Positions 30,828 through 45,012 of a stretch of DNA of 64,000 nt are shown here, piece by piece. Within the stretch, counting starts at the first letter, position 1, and each line of letters opens with the position of its first letter. A program made the position numbers and the translations under genes. Under the pieces are notes generated by a model. It made no database searches, was not told the DNA's origin, and saw nothing but the letters and a program-made list of their open reading frames with translations. The DNA is from Eledone cirrhosa (Eukaryota), in NCBI GenBank assembly GCA_964016885.1, contig OZ024752.1, forward strand, positions 45,446,001-45,510,000, read 5' to 3'.

Positions 30828-31048
30828 CTTGACTACAACTAAAGAGTGTGAATGTGAGATTCAGGAATTTAAAACGATGAATGAGCAGTTTAAAATGTCC
30901 GTTCTTCTCAACAAAAGTCCATTTCTCAGGAAACCCTAGACAAATAATTTTGCAACGATGTTGAATAAGAAAGAAAGAAAATGTGACATCTGTTGACTTC
31001 ATGAGTTATGAGATATGTTTCTATAGTCAGTTATCATTTCCTTTATAG

Positions 31049-31116
<68 letters not shown>

Positions 31117-31256
31117 GTATATGTATATATAGATATATAGATATATATATGCATACATATGTATACATATATATATTGCATATACATATATATGCTTATA
31201 TGTATGTGTATATACGTATGTATATATGCTTATATGTATGTGTATATACGTATGTG

Positions 31257-31303
<47 letters not shown>

Positions 31304-31447
31304 ACATATTTATGTGTATGTATATATATATATTTATATATATATGTACATATGTGTGTGTATTATATATATATATACATATGTGTGTGTATTATATATA
31401 TACATATGTGTGTGTATTATATATATATATATATACATATGTGTGTG

Positions 31448-31487
<40 letters not shown>

Positions 31488-31597
31488 GTGTGTGTATTAT
31501 ATATATATATATATATATACATATGTGTGTGTATTATATATATATATATATACATATGTGTGTGTATTATATATATATATATATACATATGTGTGTG

Positions 31598-31647
<50 letters not shown>

Positions 31648-32093
31648 GTGTGTGTATTATATATATATATATATGTGAGTGTACACACACATGCACACGC
31701 ATGTGTGTGGATGCAGTGTGGCTGAATGGTTAAGAAGTTCCCTTCACAATCTATAGGTCCTAGGTTCAATCCCAGCGCGTGACATGTTCGTCCATGGTTT
31801 GACCCTCGCCTTGTCACTTGTCAGTGAGACTGCATGAAAGTCCATCAGATTGACTCTACTACTAGTAAATCAAAGAGCCTATATTGTCACATAATGTGCC
31901 ATACTGAATCTCCCTGAGAATTATGTAAGAGTACACACATGTCTGTAGAATGTTCAGCCACTCACATGTTAAGTTTGTGAGGAGGCTGTGAAGACACATC
32001 ATCGAAGCTTAATGGAGGTACATTCATTCATGTGTGTGTATATATATATATATATATACATATATATATACATGTGTGTGTATGTATATGTAC

Positions 32094-32131
<38 letters not shown>

Positions 32132-32204
32132 GTGTGTGTGTACGTATATGTATATATATATATATGTATAAAAGCACATACACAAACATATATATGTGTG
32201 TGAG

Positions 32205-32257
<53 letters not shown>

Positions 32258-32276
32258 GTACAAAAACATACATACA

Positions 32277-32336
<60 letters not shown>

Positions 32337-33214
32337 TATACACACACATGTATGTGTAAAGAGAAAGATTAGACATGCTTTCTGTGTGCCTCCTTAAAAG
32401 ATACATAGTTTTTATTAGCTCCAGTATCTCTTCTAATATTCGTTATATGAGAAATTTACTGATTTATTGCCAAAGATTACAACATTTTATTAAATTAAAA
32501 TCAAATATCTTTTCCCAAAACATAAAAAAAAAATATATTTGAAAGATCAATAATTTAAATGAACTGAATCAATTAAACTAAAAAGAACTAAACTAGCAAT
32601 GCTCAAAACTATGATTTCCATGTCAACAAATAAAAGATATTAAATATTGACATGAAGTTAATAAAAATTTGACGGGTGGGAGGGGCATTTTATTGTTGAT
32701 TGACAGATTAATTCATTCATTCATATAACTTATATTTGAAATGTGTGCTACCCAGTGCAAATAAATATAATAGTGAATCACTATATATATATATATAATA
32801 GTTGACAAAATCCAGCAAAAGGAAAAAAAAAAAAATAAGAGTGTGCTAAGGCACTTGTGAGGAATTGAATCCCGTATTGATTAAATCCAGGCAAGTGTGT
32901 TAAAAAATAAATTATGCTAAAGACAACCCCTGGCCCCCAATTCCACCAATTCCGTCTTTTACAGATTTAAAAGCCTGTAGCTAAAAGTGTAAACAACTTG
33001 TTGACTTAAGAAGCATTGGGAAAATTTGAAATTTGAAATGTGTGCGTCCGTGAGCAAATGACCATGATAATAGTCATTCACTATTTTTTATTATTTCTTC
33101 ATTAACACATTTTATAATTTATGTGGGGAACTTTTCAGTCCCAATTTCTTCCAAAGTTTGGAGAGTTCTTCATCTCAATGCTTATTCTATTTGAATTTAA
33201 GACTAAAATAATAT

Positions 33215-33260
<46 letters not shown>

Positions 33261-33411
33261 GTATGTATATACACATATAAACATATGTATATAAACGTAC
33301 ATATATACATATATATATATATACTTATATATATATATATATATACTTATATATATATATATATATACGTACATATATACACATATATATATACTTATAT
33401 ATCTATATATA

Positions 33412-33450
<39 letters not shown>

Positions 33451-33619
33451 TATATACACATATATAAACGTATATAATTATATATATACATATATATGTG
33501 CATATATATACACACACACATATATGTACATATGCATATATACATATTATATATATGAGTGTATATATATATACATGCATATATATGTATGTATATATAT
33601 ATGTATATATATATATGTT

Positions 33620-33656
<37 letters not shown>

Positions 33657-33727
33657 GTATATATATGTTTATATATATATATGTATATATATATATGTAT
33701 ATATATATATGTTTATATATATATGTT

Positions 33728-33758
<31 letters not shown>

Positions 33759-34106
33759 GTTTATATATATATGTTTATATATATATGTTTATATATATAT
33801 GTTTATATATATATATGTTTATATATGTTTATATATATATATGTTTATATATATATGTTTATATATATATGTTTATATATATATATGTTTATATATATAT
33901 GTTTATATATATATGTTTATATATATATATATATGTTTATATATATATATATATATATGTTTATATATATATATATATATATATATACTTATATATATAT
34001 ATATATATATATACACATGCACACACAGACACTTTTCCTAATATCAAACGTTAAACTAATATCATCATTATACTGTATTGTTCCTCCTGTGTTGTTTTTC
34101 TGTATA

Positions 34107-34156
<50 letters not shown>

Positions 34157-34790
34157 ATATATATATATAGGTGTGTGTGTATATATGTATATATATATAT
34201 AAACATATATATATACATACATATATATATTGAGACATATATGTATATATACATATGTGCATATATACATACGTGTATTTACATATATATACACATACAT
34301 ATATATGTGTGTGTGTATATATGTATATACATATATATATAAACATATATGTGTATATATATATGTATATACATATATATATATAAACATATATGTGTAT
34401 ATATATATGTATATACATATATATATAAACATATATATACATATATACATATACATATATATATATATACATATGTGCGTGTGTGTGTATATATATATAT
34501 GTACATATATAATTATATACATATATATATGTATGTATATTCATATATGTACATATATGATTATATATATATGTATATTCATATATGTACATATATGATT
34601 ATATATATATATATATATAATTATATATATAACTATATATATATATATAATTATGTATATATAATTTAAAAATTAACAAAAACAATCAAAAGATATATGA
34701 AAAATACAATGAAATCCCTGCAAAAGACAGATATATATTGTCATGTTTGGGATATTAAAATCTAAAATAATTTAAAATGCCATCATTTTC

Positions 34791-34836
<46 letters not shown>

Positions 34837-35537
34837 TTCTCCCCTTTTAGCCCAGTGCGGCTTGATCTTTCCCCTTAAACTCCTTTTCTAGACAATAATA
34901 ATAATACTACTACTACTAATAACAGCTATATTTAAAACGACGGTGGTTACTGAGTTAAAACCACTTGTATTTACTAATTATAGTAACAAAACTAAATCAA
35001 CTTAAAAAGAATAAAAAAAAAATGAACAAAAATAACACAAAGATTAATAATACTAACGATGATAATAATAATAAAAACAACAACAGTAACAAATACAATA
35101 ATAATAATAATAGTAATAATAATAATAATATTTTCAGCTGAGAATTTCCAAAAACAATTGAAAAAAAAAAAAAAATCTAAATCTAAAGAGAAACAAATTT
35201 TTCAGTGATTATTCGTGATGGTCTTTTAAAGTTGACCATCGGAAAATTAGCATAAGATAAAAAAAAAATTAAAAAAACTCATTTTTTTTTCTCCACAGTT
35301 GTTTCTGGAAATATCTCTAGAAGTCCACTTTATTCTGTAATTTTCAGATATTTTCTCTTTTTCCCATTCAATTTATTCCAATGTTAGCACTGTAAAGTTG
35401 GCACCTTATAATCATTGTCAATAAAACTCACATAATATCAAAACAAACATTTGTCTTTGAAAATATTCTTATTCCACCAGAAAATTTGTCATTTTCTTTA
35501 TTTACTTTCATTTACTGCTTAACTTCATAAACTTTAA

Positions 35538-36884
35538 CCCTTTAGCATTTACAAAGTGGTTGTGTAGGTCTCACGCCAAAAAGCACCCAGTCTACACTGT
35601 AAATTGGTCGTGTAGGAGACATGACAAAAAGCACCCAGTCTACACTGTAAATTGGTCGTGTAGGAGACATGACAAAAAGCACCCAGTCTACACTGTAAAG
35701 TGGTCGTGTAGGAGACATGACAAAAAGCACCCAGTCCACACTGTAAAGTGGTCGTGTAGGAGACATGACAAAAAGCACCCAGTCCACACTGTAAAGTGGT
35801 CGTGTAGGAGACATGACAAAAAGCACCCAGTCTACACTGTAAAGTGGTCGTGTAGGAGACATGACAAAAAGCACCCAGTCCACACTGTAAAGTGGTCGTG
35901 TAGGAGACATGACAAAAAGCACCCAGTCCACACTGTAAAGTGGTCGTGTAGGAGACATGACAAAAAGCACCCAGTCCACACTGTAAAGTGGTCGTGTAGG
36001 AGACATGACAAAAAGCACCCAGTCCACACTGTAAAGTGGTCGTGTAGGAGACATGACAAAAAGCACCCAGTCCACACTGTAAAGTGGTCGTGTAGGAGAC
36101 ATGACAAAAAGCACCCAGTCTACACTGTAAAGTGGTCGTGTAGGAGACATGACAAAAAGCACCCAGTCCACACTGTAAAGTGGTCGTGTAGGAGACATGA
36201 CAAAAAGCACCCAGTCCACACTGTAAAGTGGTCGTGTAGGAGACATGACAAAAAGCACCCAGTCTACACTGTAAAGTGGTCGTGTAGGAGACATGACAAA
36301 AAGCACCCAGTCCACACTGTAAAGTGGTCGTGTAGGAGACATGACAAAAAGCACCCAGTCCACACTGTAAAGTGGTCGTGTAGGAGACATGACAAAAAGC
36401 ACCCAGTCTACACTGTAAAGTGGTCGTGTAGGAGACATGACAAAAAGCACCCAGTCCACACTGTAAAGTGGTCGTGTAGGAGACATGACAAAAAGCACCC
36501 AGTCCACACTGTAAAGTGGTCGTGTAGGAGACATGACAAAAAGCACCCAGTCCACACTGTAATGTGGTTGGCGTTAGGAAGGGCATCCAACCGTAGAAAA
36601 CCAGCCAGAAACAGTCCTATATGAGAGAGACGGTCTAACCCATGTTAGCGTGGAAAATGGACATATGATGATGATGATGATTACTCTATATTTATTATTG
36701 TATTTTCATGGTCAAGGCTTTATCTTACATAATATCTCACATAATATAGAATCTATGAGATTTTGATATTATTCATTTTGAGAACAATACCTTAACATCA
36801 GTGTGAGTGGCCAGTTACAGCCGGTTTGAACAGAAAGAGGTGAGAGAATTCTGGCGGGATATGGCTGGTTTAAATGCTAAAGGG
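35538..36884. mobile_element. piggyBac-like MITE family 1 interrupted by a SINE-plus-satellite insert
   Basis: TTAA-CCCTTTAGCATTTACA [insert ~35554-36680] TTACTCTATA...TAAATGCTAAAGGG-TTAA. Confidence 0.8.
35554..36565. repeat. 51-bp tandem array, ~20 copies
   Basis: Unit AAAAGCACCCAGTCYACACTGTAAAGTGGTCGTGTAGGAGACATGACAA, nearly identical copies, runs into a SINE 3' end with a (TGA)n tail. Confidence 0.95.
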
Positions 36885-36888
36885 TTAA

Positions 36889-37870
36889 ATTAGATGAGAT
36901 GCAGTTTGACTTTATGCTAGCTAGGAGGTACTACTAATGTCCTCTCTTTGGTGAGACAATTACAGGAGAAGAACTTAGCTAAGAGTAAGCTACTGTACCT
37001 TACATTTGTGGATTTGGAGAAGGGCTTTGACAGAGTCCACCATTATGTAATCTGGTGGGTGCTTAGGAAGATAGGTGTAGACAAATGGTTCGTGGGAACC
37101 ATCTCTCTCTATCTAAAGCGGGTAAAATTCCCGAGATCCATGGACGAGTTCTCTCCAGCGGTCTCTGTCCCTCATTATCACTGCCATGTCCTGCATCTCC
37201 AACAGACCAGTGTCTGTCCTTAGGGCATCAACATACGTTAACCTTGGTCTTCCTCTTCTAGTGTGTCCATGTAGGGGCTCCCACAGGAGCACTGAGTGCA
37301 ATGTCAACTCTGGGAACCATGCACGCCATATATAGAGGTGCAACCAGCAGGCTGAGACTTGACAATGAGTATAGTGATGAATTTAAAGTCCACCATGGCT
37401 CTGTCGACTTCTGTTTATCATTCTCCTTCAGGCCATTACTGAAGAGTTTAAAACTGGCACTCCATGGGAACTCCTGTAAGCTGATGATTTGGAGAGTTGA
37501 GGAACAATTCCAGACATGGAAGAAGAAGGATCTAAAAGTAAGCTTACCAAAGACACAAGTCTTAATTAGAAGGAAGCTGATACCATCAGGGAAGTGTACT
37601 TGTTGAATATGTTGAAAATACACAGTGTAATCTATGGATGAACAGGCAGGTTAAAGAGACAGACTTTGTATGTGGCAGATACACAGGAGAAGTAAACACT
37701 AAAATCACACATGAAATTGTTTCCCTCAGTTGCCAGGGATGCTCCCTCCAAGTTTTTGACAGCTTTTGATACCAAGGCAACCTAATCAAGTGGGTGACAA
37801 TGATCTGAAAGTGTAATAACCCAGGTAAGAACAGGCTGGAAGATGTTTAGAGAGCTGCTACCCCTCTCTC
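36889..37870 (+). pseudogene. RTE-clade RT fragment
   Basis: MQFDFM..GT..VRQLQEK.LAK.K.LYLTFVDLEKGFDRV...IWW.LRKIGV, with frameshifts. Confidence 0.85.
37103..37310 (-). mobile_element. 5'-truncated RTE-like LINE inserted with a 10-bp TSD
   Basis: VLLWEPLHGHTRRGRPRLTYVDAL..DRDRWR C-terminus. TGGGAACCAT duplicated at 37093-37102 and 37311-37320. Confidence 0.85.
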
Positions 37871-38162
37871 TCAGAGTGAAGGGTACTGAGAGGTCAATAG
37901 CTCCACTAATATACTGGCTTAGTTTATGAAGAACTCTACCTAATAGAGAAGGTGGACGATACGTTGTGGTGATGATGATGATATTTCAAAAACAGGGGAG
38001 GGGAACACAGGACAAAGACAACGAAAAAAAACCGTCTCCTCGGTCAACCTCTCGAAATCCCTATAATTTCAGTTCATCAGGGTTGATACTATTCATTCGA
38101 GTCCACATTGGGACACAACAAAACATGGCAAGTTATGCCTTTTGGCGAATTACAAACATAAA

Positions 38163-38327
38163 CAGCCCTGCCAACCTCTAAAAGACCCAAATGGGGAGAA
38201 ATGAGGCAAAATGGGAAGATTTTACATAATGAAAGCTATACCAATTTTCACAAGAGAAGACATCTGTCACCCACCCCCAAAGTGGGTGGGAGATTTCCCC
38301 GTCGGACGGGGAGAGTTGACAGGTATG
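38163..38327. mobile_element. Short MITE (hAT-like?)
   Basis: Imperfect TIR CAgcCCTGcCAAC / CAtaCCTGtCAAC, with CATAAA on both sides. Confidence 0.5.
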
Positions 38328-38894
38328 CATAAACCAAAAAGAAAATGCAACAAACTAACGTGCATCAACTAAAAAGGAAGAGGGAGATAAAAATAGTGTA
38401 GAGTAACTGAAGCGAAAATCAAACCAAACAGTGGGTGTGTTTTACTATTTTTTGGCAATATTGGGGTAACATGGCCCTCACTAAATCTAAAAAAAAATAA
38501 TGAATAATTATACACAGAGCGTATATGAGAAGATAAGTTAAATTCTATGTCGGTAGAACTATATAGAGTGTAAGGCTTCTTGTTAAAATGTAAACAAATA
38601 TAAAAACATATGTTAATCACTTTATACATAGAAAAAGTTGACGAAATTACCTTTACTAATGTCACAGATAATTGGTATTGTTTTCCTAGGGAAATTTGAC
38701 TCCTATTTCTAGCAAATGAAGCGACATGTCTGAGAGATGGAAACAATATGATCCGATATTCCAGCCGTGGTAATCCTCCGTTTATAGATGATTTTATATA
38801 ACACTTTGGAATTGAAAAAATATTGTGAAACAATGAGAAAGAATACTCAAATATCGACAGTGTGGGAGAACGTTGCCTAGACTATAGAATTCCA

Positions 38895-39100
38895 GCTGCC
38901 TTACTGAGGTGTCTGGTGATGCCCGTGAGGATGCCTGGCTGTTTCAGCACCTTAGCCTCGCCATCACCCGTGTTAATGTTGTGAGAGTGTTAGCTTGCCT
39001 CAAAGTATTCCGTTGACCCTTATGCTCTGATGTGTGGCGGATAGTCACACTTGCTGGTGAACTGATGGTCGTTTTATTTAATCTTATGTATTTTAAAAGT
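38895..39100 (+). pseudogene. CRE-like RLE LINE C-terminal fragment
   Basis: LTEVSGDAREDAWLFQHLSLAITRVN resembles GD.RE..(W/F)L.QRLS.AI.RGN. A more decayed copy lies at ~23930-24100. Confidence 0.6.
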
Positions 39101-39499
39101 ATTATATATATTATTTGTACCAGTACCAGTAATGCATTGGGTAATTGTTGGCCTTGTGCCTAACGTAGAAACAATTATATATATGATTTGTATCTATTTT
39201 CATTCTGTAAGAATTATAAATAATTTGTAATGTTATTTATACAATTGCGAAGACAAGGTTATCTGGATAACTAGGAAGACACGTTGAAATGACAATTCTA
39301 ATTTGAAAGGGTTCATTCCAACGAGTGACCAACTCCACCCCGGTAACAAGGGCGTGGAACTGGCGACCAATAACCGGAAGTCTTCACTCTTTCAAGTTCA
39401 ACAGATTTCTTTGGTGTTTGTTTGTTTTTTAACAACAAACTAAGAAGTTTTATCCACAGTTGTATAAATACTATTACAACTGTATATAACAAATACAAT

Positions 39500-39722
39500 T
39501 TCTCCCTTCGTACGAAAGGCCGGTTATATGATGCATGGTAGTGAGACATGGGCAGCAACTGCAGAGGATATGCGACGGCTGGAGAGGCAAGCGTGCTCCG
39601 TTGGATATGCATTGTCAATGTGCGTGAACGACCAAGCATAGATGAGTTGAGAGAGAAACTGGGTATAAGAGAGATAAGTTGTGGTGTGCTGGAAAGAAGA
39701 CTGAGATGGTATGGACATGACA
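39500..39722 (+). pseudogene. RTE LINE fragment
   Basis: KGRLYDA..ETWA.T.EDMRRLE..LRWIC.V...LREKLGIR.I......RRLRWYGH. Confidence 0.8.
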
Positions 39723-40492
39723 AAATGAAAATATAAACACATATAATAAATACAATTAACTATTGCTAGGGATCCCACGAGTATCTAAGAATACATCTTC
39801 AAATGTGCCCTTCGTTGTTTTTAAGACTGGGTCTCAAACACGAGGGCCTGGAACCCAATGCGGCCTACAAACTACTTTTCTATGACCAGCGACAAAATAA
39901 TCTTCTTGGGTAATATTTTTCTAAAACTCGATAATTTGTTCCTCGCCTCTTCCATACTCTTACAATTTACCCACGAAATACAATAAAATAGAGGGGGGGG
40001 GGTGACACTTATCAAAAGAGAAAACGGACAAAAGAGGAAATTTACTAAAAGTAAAAACAAATTTAAGGAAAATTCGAAACTGAAAATTTGTTCATCTAGA
40101 TTTTGTAGTAATTCACATATCCCACTAGCGTATATTTGTGTTCGAACAATGAAAACATAAGTCAGGTGTAGGTAGAGAGTTAGTTTATTTCTTTTACGAT
40201 CGTTTCAGAGGATCGATTGAACAGTGGAGGTCGATGTATCGACTAGCATGGTAGAGGTTAAGTTACTTCCCATTACTAGTCTCGAAGTTACTGCTCAATC
40301 GGCCGTCTTCCTTAGAAATACTACTACTAACGTGTATATATTTATTTGGATGAAAAAATATAAATAATCTGGTAGCGGTCCGTTTGACCACCCCCTTTCG
40401 TCTCTCTTTTGTTGTATATGGTCCTAGATGTGTGTATCACCTGCTTTATATATATTATATATGTTTGTGCTTTTGTTCTGTAACCATTATAT

Positions 40493-41472
40493 GGTTTGGC
40501 TGTATCGATAGAGGATCGGACGCCATGCTGTCCAGCGTAGAGTTACGGTCCTTTATGGTCTGAGTTCAAATCCTGCCGAGGTTAACTTTGCCTTTCATCC
40601 TTACAGGGGGTCGATAAATTAAAGTACCAGTAATGTACTGGGATAATTGCTGACCTTGTGCCAAAAGCAGAAACAATTATATATATATATATATATATTT
40701 TTTTTATACAACTGTGAATAAAAGATTTTCTATTTATAAATAAATTGCAGCTTACCAGATTTATTACAAAGTAGTATTATAACTGGTAGGTATCACGCCA
40801 CCCTCTCATCTCACATTTCTCTCGTAGTACTCGGGACCTAATGGTGGCTTTGGGGTCCTTCAGTGTTAAGACATGGCGAGAGGGGGAATATAAAATAGTT
40901 GGCTGCTATTTTTAGTTAGTTGGGATAACAGCTGTAAGGGAGATAACTCTAATGTTAGCTATTTATTATTACGGTGAATTGGCAGTATCGGTAGAGGGTC
41001 GGACGCCGTGCTTTGACGCATAGAGTTACGGCCCTTGCCATTCTGAGTTCAAATCCCGCCGAGGTTTACTTTGCCTTTCATCCTTACGGGGTCGATAAAA
41101 TAAAGTACCAGTAATGCACTTGGTAATTGCTGGCCTTGTGCCAAAAGTAGAAACAATTATTACAAATAGAAGAAGAAGAAGGAGGACGAAGAGGAGAAGA
41201 ACAATAAGAAGATATTAATAATAATTGTTTCTACTATTGGCACAAGGCCAGCAATTAAATCAGTGTATTACTGGTACTTTATTTTATTGACCCCATAAGG
41301 ATCAAAGGCAAAGTTAACCTCGGCGGGATTTGAACTCAGAATGGCAAGGGCCGTAACTCTATGCCTCAAAGCATGGCGTCCAATGCTTTACCGATACTGC
41401 CATAATAATAATAATGACTGTTTCTACTTTTGGCACAAGGCCAGCAATTATCCCAGTGCATTACTGGTACTT
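40493..41472. mobile_element. Cluster of tRNA-derived SINEs (+40493-40680, +40972-41160, -41225-41402, partial -41416-41472)
   Basis: B-box GAGTTCAAATCC and body GAGGTTAACTTTGCCTTTCATCCTTACGGGGTCGATAAAATAAAGTACCAG. Further copies near 7755, 12090, 22897, 45355-45572, 48416, 51713 and 51975. Confidence 0.85.
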
Positions 41473-41599
41473 TAAACACTTTAAAATAGTTAGTATTGGA
41501 GCAAGAAGAAGAATAGTATATTTTCTTAAAAACCTTTATTTGTTGAATAACCCTCAATGCCGACGATGCCCCTGTAGTGCTGTCGAGCACCTTAACACA

Positions 41600-42350
41600 T
41601 AAAGGTGATTCGTACTGGTTTGAGTGAAAAGTCAGTGGGCCTGCAGCTCAGCACCTGGAGAAGCTGGTCCATGCCGTCACACAACACTGAGTGGATTTGA
41701 CTGGTTAAATTGTTTGGGGGTCTGGTTTGGTCCGGACCTCCGAAAGGACCAAAACTGGATTGAGGTAATAAGCAGGATCGTCACTCTCACCCAATAATGA
41801 ACAGAAAGGAACTATCCTTGAAAGGTAGGGCAAATGTGATGACTGGGTACATTGCACCCATCATCTACTACCACCTGACCATCATGCCTTGTCTTGGTCC
41901 TCATCTGACCACTGGATTGCTTACTCTTTCTCTGCTTGTGGGAGGGATGATTTCCACTGGTCGGGCATTACTGACTTGTGGGTTATATCAAATGCCTGCT
42001 GTCACACTTGGGATGGACCCGGCTATCAGCTGAGTCTGTTGTGAAGATTACCCCCACAGCCTTCCTTTAATCAGGAAGAGCTGGCCGTCTTTATGTCTGG
42101 TAGCCATGGCGAAAGTGGTTGTATGATGGACATGACTGAAAGGGTCGAAGACGAGTTCTTTCTTCTTTGGTGCAGCACTGATTAACTTTCTCAGGTTCCA
42201 CTTGAAGAGGAAAATCAAGGTTGAGAGGTAAGTGCTGCCTACCAAGCAGTTTGTTGTAAGGTGAGTGGGAGAGGCAAACATGACCCAAGTGAATGGGTCC
42301 ACTCTGAGTGTGAGCCTGGGACAGGGCACTTGCCCTAGAGATCAGGGCAT
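41600..42350 (+). pseudogene. L1/Tx1-clade LINE ORF2 3' fragment
   Basis: LFGGLVW/GVWFGPDL, LSLKGRANV....IAPIIYYHL motifs, degenerate. Confidence 0.7.
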
Positions 42351-42354
42351 ATAC

Positions 42355-42409
<55 letters not shown>

Positions 42410-42419
42410 TATATATATA

Positions 42420-42503
<84 letters not shown>

Positions 42504-42513
42504 TATATATATA

Positions 42514-42603
<90 letters not shown>

Positions 42604-42621
42604 TATATATATATATATCTA

Positions 42622-42756
<135 letters not shown>

Positions 42757-43229
42757 AGATGGATTCAGTAAGAAACTGGTTAGACCATTACTCACCAGAG
42801 TACTCAATACTTGGAGTAGTAGAGTATGGTTATATGAATGAGTCAACACCCCGACAGTTGAGCTCTTGCTGTTTCAACAACTAACTGAAGTGGGTAATTT
42901 ATAAGAAGTTAAAAGTTAATAGCCACTCTTCACCCCACCCCACGCCCATCACTCTTCTGAAATCACTATCTTCAATTGATGTGTGCTCTCCACACACAAC
43001 ATAGGCTGCTTAAATGACTCTCTTATGAATTGCCAAATTGGTTGAAGGACAGCAGGGGAAATTTGAACACTAAAAAAAAAAAAAATGATACCATATTTTT
43101 AATGAAATACATGTTATTGGAATTAATTAATAAAGAATTTTGGGGGATTTACTGAAATTATTAACTCTTTTATTATGAAGATGATATTTGTAACATAATT
43201 TAACAAAAGGTTCTGATATCAAATTATGT

Positions 43230-45012
43230 TGAAGATACAAGGGGCCGAAATAGGTTCCTCTAAAGAGTCCATGAAGTAATATTACTCGATAGAGTGTGAA
43301 GCTTGGAGATCAGGGAGTCACTCCAGGTAGAGCCGCTACTTCTCTAAATTGAGAGATCACAGCTCTGATACTATGGACATGTGGTTAGAATGTCTCAGGA
43401 GAGAATCTCTGAATTGAGAGATCACAGCTCTGATACTATGGGCATCTGGTTAGAATATCTCAGGAGAGAATCTCTGAAATGAGAGATCACAGCTCTGATA
43501 CTATGGGCATGTGGTTAGAATATCTCAGGAGAGAATCTCTGAAATGAGAGATCACAGCTCTGATACTATGGGCATGTGGTTAGAATGTCTCAGGAGAGAA
43601 TCTCTGAAATGAGAGATCACAGCTCTGATACTATGGGCATGTGGTTAGAATATCTCAGGAGAGAATCTCTGAAATGAGAGATCACAGCTCTGATACTATG
43701 GGCATGTGGTTAGAATGTCTCAGGAGAGAATCTCTGAAATGAGAGATCACAGCTCTGATACTATGGGCATGTGGTTAGAATGTCTCAGGAGAGAATCTCT
43801 GAAATGAGAGATCACAGCTCTGATACTATGGGCATGTGGTTAGAATGTCTCAGGAGAGAATCTCTGAAATGAGAGATCACAGCTCTGATACTATGGGCAT
43901 GTGGTTAGAATGTCTCAGGAGAGAATCTCTGAAATGAGAGATCACAGCTCTGATACTATGGGCATGTGGTTAGAATGTCTCAGGAGAGAATCTCTGAAAT
44001 GAGAGATCACAGCTCTGATACTATGGGCATGTGGTTAGAATGTCTCAGGAGAGAATCTCTGAAATGAGATATCACAGCTCTGATACTATGGGCATGTGGT
44101 TAGAATATCTCAGGAGAGAATCTCTGAAATGAGAGATCACAGCTCTGATACTATGGGCATGTGGTTAGAATGTCTCAGGAGAGAATCACTGAAATGAGAG
44201 ATCACAGCTCTGATACTATGGGCATGTGGTTAGAATATCTCAGGAGAGAATCTCTGAAATGAGAGATCACAGCTCTGATACTATGGGCATGTGGTTAGAA
44301 TGTCTCAGGAGAGAATCTCTGAAATGAGAGATCACAGCTCTGATACTATGGGCATGTGGTTAGAATATCTCAAGAGAGAATCTCCGAAATGAGAGATCAC
44401 AGCTCTGATACTATGGGCATGTGGTTAGAATATCTCAGGAGAGAATCTCTGAAATGAGAGATCACAGCTCTGATACTATGGGCATGTGGTTAGAATATCT
44501 CAAGAGAGAATCTCCGAAATGAGAGATCACAGCTCTGATACTATGGGCATGTGGTTAGAATATCTCAAGAGAGAATCTCTGAAATGAGAGATCACAGCTC
44601 TGATACTATGGGCATGTGGTTAGAATATCTCAGGAGAGAATCTCTGAAATGAGAGATCACAGCTCTGATACTATGGGCATGTGGTTAGAATATCTCAGGA
44701 GAGAATCTCTGAAATGAGAGATCACAGCTCTGATACTATGGGCATGTGGTTAGAATATCTCAGGAGAGAATCTCTGGACAGGTTTTACGGGTCAAAACCA
44801 ACCAGCAGGAAACCCAGGGTTAAACCCCGAGCAAGATGGTTGAATAATATCCATAAGCTTAGCTTGTCTTGATTGGGGATCTAGCTGGATTAGTTGGAAA
44901 TGGTTGCTTTTGATAAGGCCCACTGGAAGGAGTGTTTGAGGACTCTGTCCCCATGACCCTTTCAGGAATAAGTGGGCAAAGAAGAAGAAGAAGAAGAAGA
45001 AGAAGAAGAAGA
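43230..45012 (+). pseudogene. RTE LINE 3' end containing a 65-bp satellite and an (AAG)n tail
   Basis: EIRESLQVEPLLL.IERSQL.YYGHVVRM before the array, KPR.KPRARW after it, then an (AAG)n tail. Confidence 0.8.
43341..44776. repeat. 65-bp tandem array, ~22 copies
   Basis: Unit GAAATGAGAGATCACAGCTCTGATACTATGGGCATGTGGTTAGAATRTCTCAGGAGAGAATCTCT. Confidence 0.95.

Noticed and set aside
35542-36624. CRISPR array or repeat-protein gene
   Set aside because: Head-to-tail identical 51-bp units with no unique spacers, no cas genes, SINE-derived, eukaryotic context.
38369-38833. 154-aa ORF
   Set aside because: No recognisable motif, non-ATG start, no splice support.
40972-41060. tRNA genes (also 51000-51050, 31710-31780)
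   Set aside because: A/B boxes continue into multi-copy SINE bodies and no full cloverleaf forms.
43341-44776. CRISPR array
   Set aside because: No spacers; the unit is RTE ORF sequence.
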